Shown here piece by piece: positions 13,159 to 24,250 of a stretch of DNA of 64,000 nucleotides. The stretch covers positions 186,001 to 250,000 of the forward strand of contig JAVKOQ020000015.1 of NCBI GenBank assembly GCA_031835245.2. Reading direction: 5' to 3'. The notes below the pieces were generated by a model, which did no database searches, had not been told where the DNA came from, and saw only the letters and a list, made by a program, of their open reading frames with translations. Source of the stretch: Balamuthia mandrillaris. Taxonomy: Eukaryota. Both the position numbers and the translations under genes were made by a program. Every line of letters starts with the position of its first letter. Positions within the stretch are counted from its first letter, which is position 1.

Positions 13159-15397
13159 AAACAAACCCAAAACGGTTTCATCTGTAACATCCTTCTTGAA
13201 ATATACACAGCAGCAGCAGCCACCATGGACGGCAAATACGCCAGCATCCTATAGTCCAGCAGATAGATCTCTATCAGGTACTTGGAGAGCGTGTGCGCCT
13301 TGGTGTTGGCTTGCGAGGCCTTGCTGAAGCGCCTCAAAAAGTGGAGAGGGTTGGCCACCGTCACTCCAAAATCGAGCGTTGTGAGGATGGCCTTCTCGGC
13401 GAGGAGCACTTGGGAGCGGCTGTAGGCGTTGTCGCAGATGTAGACAAAGTCGTCGACGACAGGGCTGCGCACCTCTTCGTACTTGCAAGCGATCATTAGG
13501 CAACCCACCCCTGTTACAAGAAGGTTTAATACTTTGTCTATCTTTCTTCATTCTTTCTTGCTTCTTCTTTCTTCTTTCTCTTCTTGTTTCATCGCTCCTC
13601 TTAAAAGAAAATGAGAGAAGCAGCATATTGCTTACCAATAAGTTGCACCTTTGCCCGCGACACTTTGCGTTTGGAGAGGAACCTATCCACGAGACTGACC
13701 GCCAGGAACAAGCTCTCCGGCAAGAGCTGAAACTGATGACAGACTTCCGCCATCCAAGAAACAAGCACCTCCCTCATCTTAGAGTTCAGCTCCAACTGAT
13801 TCATCATGTAGTTCACGTCCAAAACCTTCTCCCTTCGGTCTCTCTCCTCTTTCTCCCGGAGGAAGCTCATGATGTCCTCCACGTACTCGAGGCACTGGTT
13901 GGGGTCGTCCCAGTCGTAGGCATCAATGTCCTCCAGCTCTTCCTCTTCCTCTATTGCAGAGGCTTCATGCTGTTGTTTACTGACTGCATCAAAGATGGAG
14001 CGAAGAGAAGACCTTCTTCTTCTGTGGTTGTTGTTTTGAACGATTGTTGATGAAGAGGTTGACTTGGTTGGCTGTTCTTCTTCTTCGTCTTCTTTAGAAG
14101 AGTCAGAGAAGCTGCGACTAGAGTCAGCGAGCTCCATGGAAGAATGATGTTCACTGATTTCCATTTCGCCCAACGAGAGTCTCGAGCTTTGTTGCTGTTG
14201 ACGTTGTTGTTGTGGTTCCTCTTTCTGTTCTTCTTCCTCTTCCTCTTCTTTGTCGTCGTGAGTCGGTCGTTGTTCCTCTGCTTCCTCCCTTCCATTCTTC
14301 TCCAGTTTTGGTCGTTTGGGAGGACCTTGCTGCTCTCCGTTTTCTTCCCCCTCTTGTGCTTCCTTCTGCGCTTGCGTATTGTCTGCTTCATCTCTTTCAT
14401 TTCCTACTTGTAAAGAAGAATACGACGAAGAAGACGAGGCAGAAGGACGCTTGTTGCGAGGTTTGCGAGGAAGAGGAACAGCAAAGATGTGGTCTTGAGA
14501 AGACGACGAAGTCAGCAATGAGGATGAAGGAAAAGAGGAGGAAGAAGAAGATGACGATGCAAAAGAGGAGAAAGAAGCAGTGGAGGAAGAAGGCTGGATG
14601 GTCACTTTCTTGGCAGTGGAAGAGACAACATAAGAAGATGAAGAGGAAGAACTGTGGAGTGATGACTTGAGTTCGTTTTCAGAAATAACTCGAAGTCCCC
14701 TTCTCTCCTTTGATAACGACAAAGAAGAGCTGTTGTTGCTGCTGAGAGGAATGTGAAACGCGGAAGACGAAAGCAAAGAAGAGGAAGAAGAGGATAACGA
14801 AGAAGTTGTTTCTCTATTTCGAGGTTGCACCAACGAAGAAGTGGATGTTGTCGTTGAGGCTGAGGCGAAAGAGGAAGAGATAGAAGATGATGGTTGCTTG
14901 CGTGAAGCTTTGGGAAGGGCCAATGGCTTTTTGAAGTCGAATGCATTCACGTTCTCTTTGTCGTGTTCCACTTCCACAAAAGCGCCCGTAGGTTGTTTCT
15001 TGTTGTTTGTTGTTTTTGGCCCAGCTCCAAAGGCTGTTCTAGAAGATGAAGAAGCAGAAGCCGTGGAACGTTTGGTTAAAGGTACAAAAGCGGAGGAAGA
15101 AGGAGGAGCCATGTTCTCCTTGTCGTTCGCGTCGACGTAGATATTAAATGCGGAAGAAGAGGACTTATTGGGAGCAAAATACAAGGAAGAAGAGGAAGAG
15201 GAAGAGTTGGAACGAGAAGAAGCTTTCATTTTCGCCGCAGTGGTGCGTTTGATCAGTTGGCGTCGTCTAGTTTCCATGCCGGCCATGCTCGCTGGAGGCA
15301 GAAGGATCGAGTTGGAGGATGACGAAGCGGAGGCAGCGGAGGAAGACAAAGCTGTCTTTGGTCGCAGTCGAACTTCGTTTTGCATATAGTGAGACAT
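12897..15397 (-). CDS. Mitotic cyclin (A/B type)
   Basis: Cyclin box MREVLVSWMAEV..FQLLPESLFLAVSLVDRFL, IACKYEE...DFVYICDNAY. N-terminal KEN boxes and RxxL D-box candidates. Confidence 0.92.
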
Positions 15398-15819
15398 TAT
15401 TGTTGTTTCCTTGCCGTTGGCTCCACTTCTGCAGTTCGTCGTCGTGGGAGGGAGGCTCTCAGCTGGGTACTGGCCACGATGAGGCTGGATGATGCTGATC
15501 TATTGTGAAGAGGAAAAGAAAAACAAAAACAAGAAACAGCAGAGCACGCACAGATTTTTTTTTTTCGGAGTTTGTAACGATTCTTCATATAACGATCCGT
15601 TGAGTTTTTCATTTTTTGGCGGGAAAGTCGACAAAAATAAGCTTTTTTGACGACATTCGTACCTGCTCTTCATGAGAAGCATTTCTCCAGCAATGGAGCT
15701 CGAGTAGTTAATAATGCCGACATTGTACTTGAACACAACAGCAGCTCTAACCGTGGACAAACAGAGCTCGATTTGAGGGAAAGCAGAAAAAGAAGAGAAG
15801 AAAGGAGAGAGAAAAGATC

Positions 15820-16725
15820 ATGTCCGACGAGCGCTCTTCCGTCCGTTCTCCATCTTCCGAGCGCCTAGACAAAGAAGGTTCGTGTTTTTCTTCCTTCCTT
15901 CCTTCCGTTGTTTTATTTGCTTTAACACACTGCCTCTTGAACAAAAAAAAAAACAAAATACCATCAGATGGCGAATTAGAACAAAGCAGAGACGAAAGAG
16001 ACAGAGAAAGAAGATCTCGTCATGACAGCGGGAGACCTCAACGAGAGGAAAGAGAACGCAGTCGGGAACGAGATCGCAGCAGAGAACAAAGAAGATCCGA
16101 TCGAGAGAGGCGCGAGCATGCAAGAGATCATAGAGACAGAGAAAGAGAACGAGAACGAGAGCACAAACGAGGGAGAGAAGAGGAGGAAGAAGAGGAGGTG
16201 CAAGAACTGGATGAATTTGGTCGCGTCGTGACCAAGAAGAGGAAACGAGAGCGAGAGGAGGAGGAACGCAGAAGGCGACACCAAAGGCACGACAGCAGAA
16301 GAGGCTCCTCCCGAGACTGGGAGCGAGAAAGAGAGAGAGAGCGAGAAAGAGAGCACAAAAGAAGACGAAGAAGAGACGAAGAAGACCACTCTGAGGAGGA
16401 GGAACGCGAACCAAAAGAAGAACAGAGGAGCAACAACGAGAGAGAAAAGGGAAGCAACAAGAAAAACAAGAAAGGGCAAGAAGGGAAGGCCTCCGTGTCC
16501 TACGAACCCGGCTCCATGGAGGCCATGATGGCGGCCATGGGCCTCCCCGTGGACTTCAACACCACCAAGGGCCAGCACGTGGACGGGAACTACCAAGGCC
16601 TGGCCAAGGTGGCCTCCACCCGCCAGTTCCGCCAGTACATGAACCGAAAGGGGCGGGCTGGCGCCGCGGACGGAGAGGGAGGAGCCCCACCCGTTCGGCC
16701 TGTATATCAGCGGGAACGTGGCTAA
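15820..16725 (+). CDS. SNRNP27: U4/U6.U5 tri-snRNP 27 kDa protein
   Basis: RS/RE-rich N-terminus followed by MMAAMGLPVDFNTTKGQHVDGN...RQFRQYMNRKG. Confidence 0.88.
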   Translation: MSDERSSVRSPSSERLDKEGSCFSSFLPSVVLFALTHCLLNKKKNKIPSDGELEQSRDERDRERRSRHDSGRPQREERERSRERDRSREQRRSDRERREHARDHRDREREREREHKRGREEEEEEEVQELDEFGRVVTKKRKREREEEERRRRHQRHDSRRGSSRDWEREREREREREHKRRRRRDEEDHSEEEEREPKEEQRSNNEREKGSNKKNKKGQEGKASVSYEPGSMEAMMAAMGLPVDFNTTKGQHVDGNYQGLAKVASTRQFRQYMNRKGRAGAADGEGGAPPVRPVYQRERG

Positions 16726-16805
16726 GCGAGAGAAGAGAGCGATGTTTTTTGTGAACCCTAAAAAAGTTTGAAAGAAGAAAAGAAGAAAAAAAGAAAGCAC
16801 CATGG

Positions 16806-18416
16806 TTATTTGCCTTTGGATGAGGAAGAGGAAGAAGAGGGAGAGGCCACTTGTTGACGGGCCTGTTGGAAGAGCCCCACTAATGCGCCCATTTGTATGC
16901 TCTCTGAGGCTCCTTGGGATACTCTGTACCTGTGGTTTAAAGAGTTAAAAGAAAGGCGAGAAGAAGCAGACTCACAAATACAACAAGAAGAAGAAAAGAA
17001 GAGCAAGAATATGAAAGAAAAGAAGAAAGAAAGACGTACTCAAGGTCAGCAAGTTTGTCAAAGAGTTCGATTTTGGTGTTGTCTGGAAAAGAAATGGTGA
17101 CAACGTAATGATGCAGCTCTCGTATGATGTCGGCCAATGCTAAACCTTTATCTGTTTTGAGTAGTTGCAGCTCTAACAAAAAGTTAATATTATGATTTAT
17201 GCTCATCATTTCAAAAAAACAGAAAGAAACGAAAGGAGGAAAGACACGACGCTACAGAAGATAGAGCAAGTAAAGAAACAAAGATGCAAGAGGAGAAAGA
17301 GGATAGAGTTACTTCTGTAGGCCGCATCAAATTCATCAGAGAGAAGCCAACGGCAGAGCTGGTTGATGTCTTCCGGCTCTGGATTGCCAGTGCAGAGATA
17401 GACGTTTTTCTCGTTGACCACATCGAAAGCCATGATGGTGGATTGAAGCACGTTGAGGCATTTTCTCATGTCCCCTTCGGCCAGCTTTATAAGCGCTTCT
17501 AAACCATCATCCGTCACGTTGATTCTTTTGTTCGTTGTCGTTTTTGTGTTGTGTAAGAGAATGTCACAGAAAGGACGAAGGAAGAGGGGCGAAGAGCATG
17601 GAAGGGTACCTCTCTTGTTTGATGATGTGTTGAAGACGAGGTTTAATCTGAACAGGGTCAAGAGGAGAGAAGCGGAAGCGAGTACACCGAGATTGAAGGG
17701 CGGGAATGATCTTGCTAATGTAGTTACAGATGAGACAGAAACGAGTGTTCTTGGAAAACTTTTCTATTACTGTATTTGTGTTTTGTACGTTGTCAAATAA
17801 ACACGGAAGGATTGAGAGACAAATACGAAAGAGATGAACGAAGGGGGAGAGAGAGAGAGAGAGAGAGGAGAGAAGGGAGAGAAGAGAGAAGAGAGACCTC
17901 GACGAAGAGCAGCTTGAGCAGCATTTGTCATAGAGTCAGCTTCATCCAAGATCACAAGCTTTACACCAGTGCTAACAAGGAAGAAAGAAGAAAAAAAAAG
18001 GGAAGAAGAAAACGGTTGCTTAGAACCAACCAAAAGGCTTTGTTGAGAAGAAGTTTCTCGCTCTACCTGAATATCTTTCTCGTGCTGGCAAAGTTTTTGA
18101 TTTGTTCTCTGACCACGTCGATACCTCTGTCATCAGAAGCGTTCAACTTTAAAGGGGGAAAAAACAAAAACATCAAAATGAGGCTTCACAAAACATCAAA
18201 CAAAGAAAAGATGAATACCTCTAAAATCATAGACTTGTAGTTCGATCCGTAGAGCCGACGGGCGCAAGCAAGTATCGTGGTGGTCTTGCCCGTTCCTGGC
18301 GGACCATAAAACAACAAATGCGGCAACTTTCCAGAATCAATCAACTTTTGTACTGCATAATTTTTTTGTGAGTTATTTTCTTCTTAAAACAGGATCAACC
18401 AAACCCACAAAATTTT

Positions 18417-18458
<42 letters not shown>

Positions 18459-18501
18459 CAGAGAGCAGAGAGCAGAGAGCACAGGAGGAGGGAGGAGAGA
18501 G

Positions 18502-18540
<39 letters not shown>

Positions 18541-18696
18541 CACGCAACTGGTGTTGATGATTTCCGCGTGCGAGATAACTTCATCAAATTCTTTGGGCCT
18601 GTACTTCTCTACCCACGGTAGGTTGTGATCTCCACTGCTGCTGGAAGCGGAAGAAGAAGAAGAACTTGCTCCTCCTTGTTTGCTGCTGCTGCTCAT
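16806..18696 (-). CDS. RFC5: Replication factor C small subunit (human RFC5 / yeast Rfc3 type)
   Basis: [77 protein letters not shown]. Confidence 0.9.
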
Positions 18697-18837
18697 CTTT
18701 GTTGTCTGGTTGTTTTTTTTTTTTAAATACGTTTTTCTCTCTCTCTTTTTTGTTGTTCTTCGAAGAAGAAAAAAAAGGCGGGAAATTTTTCGCGACGACG
18801 TAATTCATTTTCTTGGAGTGCGAGCAATGCAGAGAGC

Positions 18838-18860
18838 AAAAGAGAGAGAGAGAGAGAGAG

Positions 18861-18932
<72 letters not shown>

Positions 18933-18935
18933 AGA

Positions 18936-18970
<35 letters not shown>
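18838..18970. repeat. (AG)n microsatellite, intergenic
   Basis: Long imperfect AG run. Confidence 0.9.
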
Positions 18971-18972
<2 letters not shown>

Positions 18973-19146
18973 AAAAAGTGTTTTGTAATTTTTATCTTTT
19001 CGTTTCTTTCAAACTCCCAAAAAAAAAATAAGCTAAAGGAAGGACGATGATGCGGACAAAGAGGTTGGAAAAAAAACACACACAAACAGGAAAAGGCTCC
19101 TTGTTCTCGACTTGGTCGTCTGTTTTCTTGCTTTTTTTTTTTCTGT

Positions 19147-20130
19147 TTACTGGGCAGCAGAGCTCTCAGAGGCCTCTGACTTGGTCTCCTCAGTCTTCTC
19201 AGCAGCTGGGGCGTCCTCCTTGGCAGCAGCCTCCTGGCCAGAAGAGCTCTGTCCTGCTTCGCCGCTTGGGCCGGCCTCGCCTTCCTCCTTCTCCACGGGC
19301 TGGAGGGCAATCTTGAGGTTGAGCTCACGGCCCTCTACCTGTTGGTCCTTCATGGCCTCAAGGGCAGCCTTCTGGGCCTCCTCCGTGGCAAACTCCACAA
19401 AGCCAAAGCCCTTGCTCCTGTTGGAGGCCTTCCTGGCAATGGTGGCCTTCACGGGGCTGTGGGCGGAGAAGAGCTCCAACAGACCCTGGTCCTCCATGGA
19501 GAAAGGCAAGTTGCCAACAAAGAGGGTGGTGGTGGAGGCTTCGCGGGGCTTTCTGGGCACGTTCTTCCTGGGCCTGCGAGCACCGCTGCCGTTGGTGGTC
19601 GAGGAGGTTCGGCTTCGGGGAGCGCCGCCTCCGCGTCTCTGTCCGGGCTTGTTGCCTTCCTCGGCGTTTCCAGTGGAGGTGGCAGCGCCCTCACCGCTCT
19701 TCTCTCCGCGGGGACGGAACCTTCTCCTGGGTCCACCCCTGCGGGCGCCGGGGGCGTTTCCGTCGGTGCTGGGGGAACCGGAGGCTCCGCTCTGGGTCCT
19801 GCGTCTACGGGCTCCGGGGCGCCTCTTGCCGCCTTCCTGGGAGCTGCTTTCACCTTCCTCTCCCTCCTTCTCAGCTTTCTCTTTCTTCACCTGAGGGCGG
19901 GCGATTTGAACGTTGACAACGCGGCCGTCCAAGGTCTGTTGGTCCATGGCGCTGACTGCCTTGTTGGCGGCCTCCTCGCTGGAGAACTCCACAAAGCCGT
20001 AGCCCAGAGAGCGAGGGCCGCGGGTGATGATGTTGGCGCTGGTAACATCGCCAAAGGAAACAAATTGTTCACGAAGTTGTTCGCCGGTGGTCTGGAAGGA
20101 CAAGTTTCCAACAAAAACTTTGGTAGACAT
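19147..20130 (-). CDS. RNA-binding protein with two RRMs and an RGG-rich linker
   Basis: RNP2/RNP1 motifs appear twice: VFVGNL...LGYGFVEF and LFVGNL...KGFGFVEF. Single exon with high GC3. Confidence 0.92.
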   Translation of the reverse strand: MSTKVFVGNLSFQTTGEQLREQFVSFGDVTSANIITRGPRSLGYGFVEFSSEEAANKAVSAMDQQTLDGRVVNVQIARPQVKKEKAEKEGEEGESSSQEGGKRRPGARRRRTQSGASGSPSTDGNAPGARRGGPRRRFRPRGEKSGEGAATSTGNAEEGNKPGQRRGGGAPRSRTSSTTNGSGARRPRKNVPRKPREASTTTLFVGNLPFSMEDQGLLELFSAHSPVKATIARKASNRSKGFGFVEFATEEAQKAALEAMKDQQVEGRELNLKIALQPVEKEEGEAGPSGEAGQSSSGQEAAAKEDAPAAEKTEETKSEASESSAAQ

Positions 20131-20644
20131 GATTGATGATGATGAGAGGGTTTTCGAAAAAAAATCAAACAAAAAGAATCGGATTTGCCGTAGAGGGGGA
20201 AATTAAAAAAAAAGGAGCTTTGAGTTTTTGTCTCTCCTTGGGAGCGGATTTCAACTTTGGCCACACAAACGAAGGGGGAAGGGGGCTTCTGAAGAAGGTG
20301 GGACGGTGAACAGAGGGAACGGAGCTTGGAAAAAAAAAAGGGCTGCGACCGACTTTTTTTTTTTTGAACGGGGTTTGAGTGAAGTGCTTTTGAACGTAAC
20401 TTTCGGTTTCTCTCGAAAGGGAGAAAGAAAGAGAAAAAGAAGAGAACGGGAGGGGAGAGAGAGGGGGGAAGGACAGGATGACGGATTGGCAGGACGGGCA
20501 CCGGACACATGGAGAAATTTCGATGGAGATTTAATAAAAGGTGCAGATCGGATCGGATCTAGTCCAATCGGATTTCAAAAGAAACAGATCTGCTGCGCCG
20601 CTTCCGTAAAGTGCATTTTTTTTAACGAGGAAGAAAGGGGGAGA

Positions 20645-21576
20645 ATGAAGATGCGTTCGACCGTGGAGAGCGAGCGTTGGCTTGGGGTGTTGGTGGTGGT
20701 CGTTGCTGTCGCGTTTGCTTCACGTGGACTCTTGCAAGTGGAAGCTGGTATTCCTAATCCGCTGATCTGGGAGAAACTCACGGATGACAACTTTGATGAG
20801 AAGATTGCGGACGGGGCGTGGCTTATTTACTTGTACATTACTTCTTCGTTCTGTTGCTAAGAACTCGGTTTTACTTCATTTTTTTTTGCTGATGGTGCCG
20901 GTTTCATTCAGCCACAATTCGATGAAGGAACGGATGGTGATAAGAGCTGCAATGCAGACTGTTCTGTCTGATGTGGCCAGGAAGAACGAGAACCACTTCA
21001 AATTGGCAATAGTGGACTGCAAACAGGACGAGGATCCTTGCCACGATTTTTCAGTTCGCTCTCATCCGTTTGTTGGCATGTACGTGTTGGCTTTTTTTTG
21101 TTAAATAGTGTCGCTGCGCGTCTGCAATCCATTTCACCTTTTTTCTCCCAGGGCGTTTCATAAGAAGTTTAAACGAGGAAAGGCATTTCCGACCATTCCC
21201 ACCGAGAATGAACTTCAAACCTGGATAGAGTCTGAAGTCTATGGTCTTGTTCACCGGTTAGACGAAAACAACTTTGACGAGACTGTGAAGGAAGGGGAAT
21301 GGATGGTTCTCTTGTGCGTTTGCTCTCTTTCTCTCCTCTCACTTTGTTTTGTTTTACTCCTCTCATTTTTGACCATTATTGGTTTATTTAGCTCTCAGCC
21401 ATGGGACGTGTGCAAGTACTGTCGAGACATCTATGGCATGTGGCAACGACTGTCCATAAAAGCAGAGGGTCTAAAATATCCCTCCTTCAAGACAGCATGG
21501 ATCACCTGTCCTCGGTCAGCTTCGGAAGTAAACGCAGACAATTTTGGTAAATCTCTCGGTCCAGTTCTCGCACTTG

Positions 21577-21607
<31 letters not shown>

Positions 21608-22065
21608 TCCTGCTCGTTATCCCTCATTGTTTGGATGCAACTATAACAGAAATATGCAAAAGAGAGTTGAACTTCACCGAGAACGCTGTTTTATATTTTC
21701 CAATTGTGAAATAGTACGTGTCCCTCACTGTTACTCACAAGGTTATGCCTGCTGAAACAACAATGAAAAGCTTCTCTAATGGTGTGGGCAAAGAGTACGA
21801 AAAGCTGTTGAACGCAGATGAGATCATCGTCTACTTAGAAGAAGCACAAGATCCAGAACGTTATGCTGCCAAGTACAAAATCGAAGCACCGTCCGAGGAG
21901 GCCCAAGAAGAACAGGAAGAAGCCCCAGAAGGAGAGGCTGAACCGGAAGGGGGAGAAAAAGTAAACCAGAAAGAAATCGTTGAAGGAGAGGAAGACAAGG
22001 AGTGGGAATGGGTGGACCTCGAGTTCCCCGTGGAGGTACAGATCGAAGGCAGAGACATCTGGTAG
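20645..22065 (+). CDS. Secretory-pathway thioredoxin-fold (PDI-like) protein
   Basis: Signal peptide; two Trx-fold starts (LTDDNFDEKI..GAWLIY and LDENNFDETVKEGEWMVL); CxxC (CKYC) only in the second domain; acidic tail. Confidence 0.75.
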
Positions 22066-22241
22066 GTCCCCGAGAGGGCACGTGTTTCGTTTTATTGAAC
22101 AGATATTCAATAAATCCAAAAATTTGGACAAAAATCATCGATAGTTAAAATATTACTATGGATTCTCGATTGCTTCAAATTTTTTTCCATCCTTGCCGAT
22201 TATGCTGAAAAATTCGTCAAAAAACGAGAATAATCCGCAAA

Positions 22242-22486
22242 ATGTTGAACGAGAAACATCGAAGAAGGATAGCCCAGCGCATCGCCGAAGCGGTCGGCGG
22301 CGGCCAAGAAGACCGCGGCCAGGAGGAGCTGGTGGAGGTGGTGCCGTGCTCTGGCGGATGTGACAACGACGCTTTCGTGGCCCGTCGTGCGGGTTGCCCC
22401 ACCAAGTTCTTCCTTAAAGTCAACGAGAAGGGCAAAGAAGAAGCGCTGAGCAAGTTCGAAGCGGAAGCTATGGCGTTGAGGGACAT

Positions 22487-22525
<39 letters not shown>

Positions 22526-22700
22526 ACTCATCCAAGCTCCTAACCGTTTGAAAGAGTGCTACGAACACGATTCGTGTGCCTGAACCGCTTGTCACAGACA
22601 CGCTGCGAGAGGACGGAGGTGGAGGGGCCTTCTTTGTGATGGAATACCTGGCCTTCACCAGCACCGATCGTGGCACGGATAAAATGGTTTGTTATCTGCT

Positions 22701-22731
<31 letters not shown>

Positions 22732-22798
22732 ATCTCGTGTTCTCTTATCTGCTCTGTGCTTTACTGCTTAGCTGTCTGTCTCTGTCTCTCTCTGTCTC

Positions 22799-22845
<47 letters not shown>

Positions 22846-23728
22846 CTCGCTCTCGCGCGCTCTCTCTCTCGTGACGTTTTTGCTACCCCTTCTCTTTTGC
22901 TCATTTCGTGGTGTTTTTGAAAGTTTGGGGAACAGTTGGCTGCACTTCACTTGGCTTCCCCGCCATCCCAGCATAGCTCTTCTTTTGGCTACGCCGTGTA
23001 AGACGCATACATCTTTTTTGTATTTGTTGGAAAGAAAAAAGAGCCCCAAGAGATAGGAAACTGACGAAACAGAATGCAGGGATAACTGGTGTGGAGCAGA
23101 TAAACAGTTCAATACGCCGTGGAGCATCGAGGATTGGCCACAATTCTATTCCCAGTACCGTCTCGGTGCGATCTTCGTTCTCCCTCTCTTCCGCCTAACT
23201 TCTGCTTCTTCCTATCCCTGTTCTTGTCGTTCTTGTTCTTGTTCTTTTTGTTCCTCTTGTTCTTCTTCTTCTTCTTCTTCTTCTTCTTGTTCTTCTTCTT
23301 CTTCTTGTTCTTCTTCTTCTTCTTCTTCTTCTTCTTCTTCTTGTGCTTCTTCTTCTTCTTCTTCTTCTTCTTCTTCTTCTTCTGCTCTTCCCTTATTCTT
23401 CCTCCTTTCATGCTCATGCTTTCGTTGTTCATTCTTAAATTTTTCCAGAGCCACAACGGCGACGCATACAAGAGCGCTACAAGGACAATGAGATCGTATC
23501 TCTTATTGAACAGCTTCAAGAAGCATTGCCTACATTCTTCTGCGGTCTGCGAGAGCCCATCAAGCCCAGCCTCCTGCACGGCGATCTTTGGTCTGGCAAT
23601 TGGGCTGCCGTCATGGTGGACAACGACGGAACCTCCGCTGAAAAACAGGCTGTCATCTTTGATCCAGCTGCCTATTATGGCCATCATGAGTGTGAGCTTG
23701 GCATTATGAGTATGGAGTGTTTCTCTGT

Positions 23729-23764
<36 letters not shown>

Positions 23765-24058
23765 TCTCTGCCTCTGTCTCTGCTGACGAAAAAAAAAAAA
23801 CAAAAAACAAAAAAACAAAAAAAAAAAAAACAAACAGGTATGTTTGGAGGTCCATCAACAGAGTTCTACAAAGCGTATCATGCTCTCATACCGAAGGAAG
23901 AAGGGTTTGATGACCGCCAAGACCTCTATCAGCTATACCACTACCTCAACCACTACAGCATCTTTGGGAGAGGCTACCGAGGCACTTGTCTCAACATCCT
24001 CCGCAAACTTCTGGAGATCAGTTACAGGGCTGGAAATTGCCGGAACCATAGGGCTTAA
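22242..24058 (+). CDS. Fructosamine/ketosamine-3-kinase family protein
   Basis: [60 protein letters not shown]. Confidence 0.92.
23218..23385. repeat. (TTC/TTG)n trinucleotide repeat in an intron
   Basis: Direct observation. Confidence 0.9.
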
Positions 24059-24095
24059 AGATAACTACCACCGACAAGCAAACTGATGTAATCCA

Positions 24096-24140
<45 letters not shown>

Positions 24141-24250
24141 TTCCTTATCTATTCTTCTAGTGCTGTTTTTTTTTAAAACTTTTTTGTGAAACATGGACTT
24201 ATTGTTACTTTAACCATAATTTTACAGTGGGTTCTATCGAAAACACAAAC

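Noticed and set aside
19112..20136. Long plus-strand ORFs opposite the RRM gene
   Set aside because: Antisense shadows caused by high GC3.
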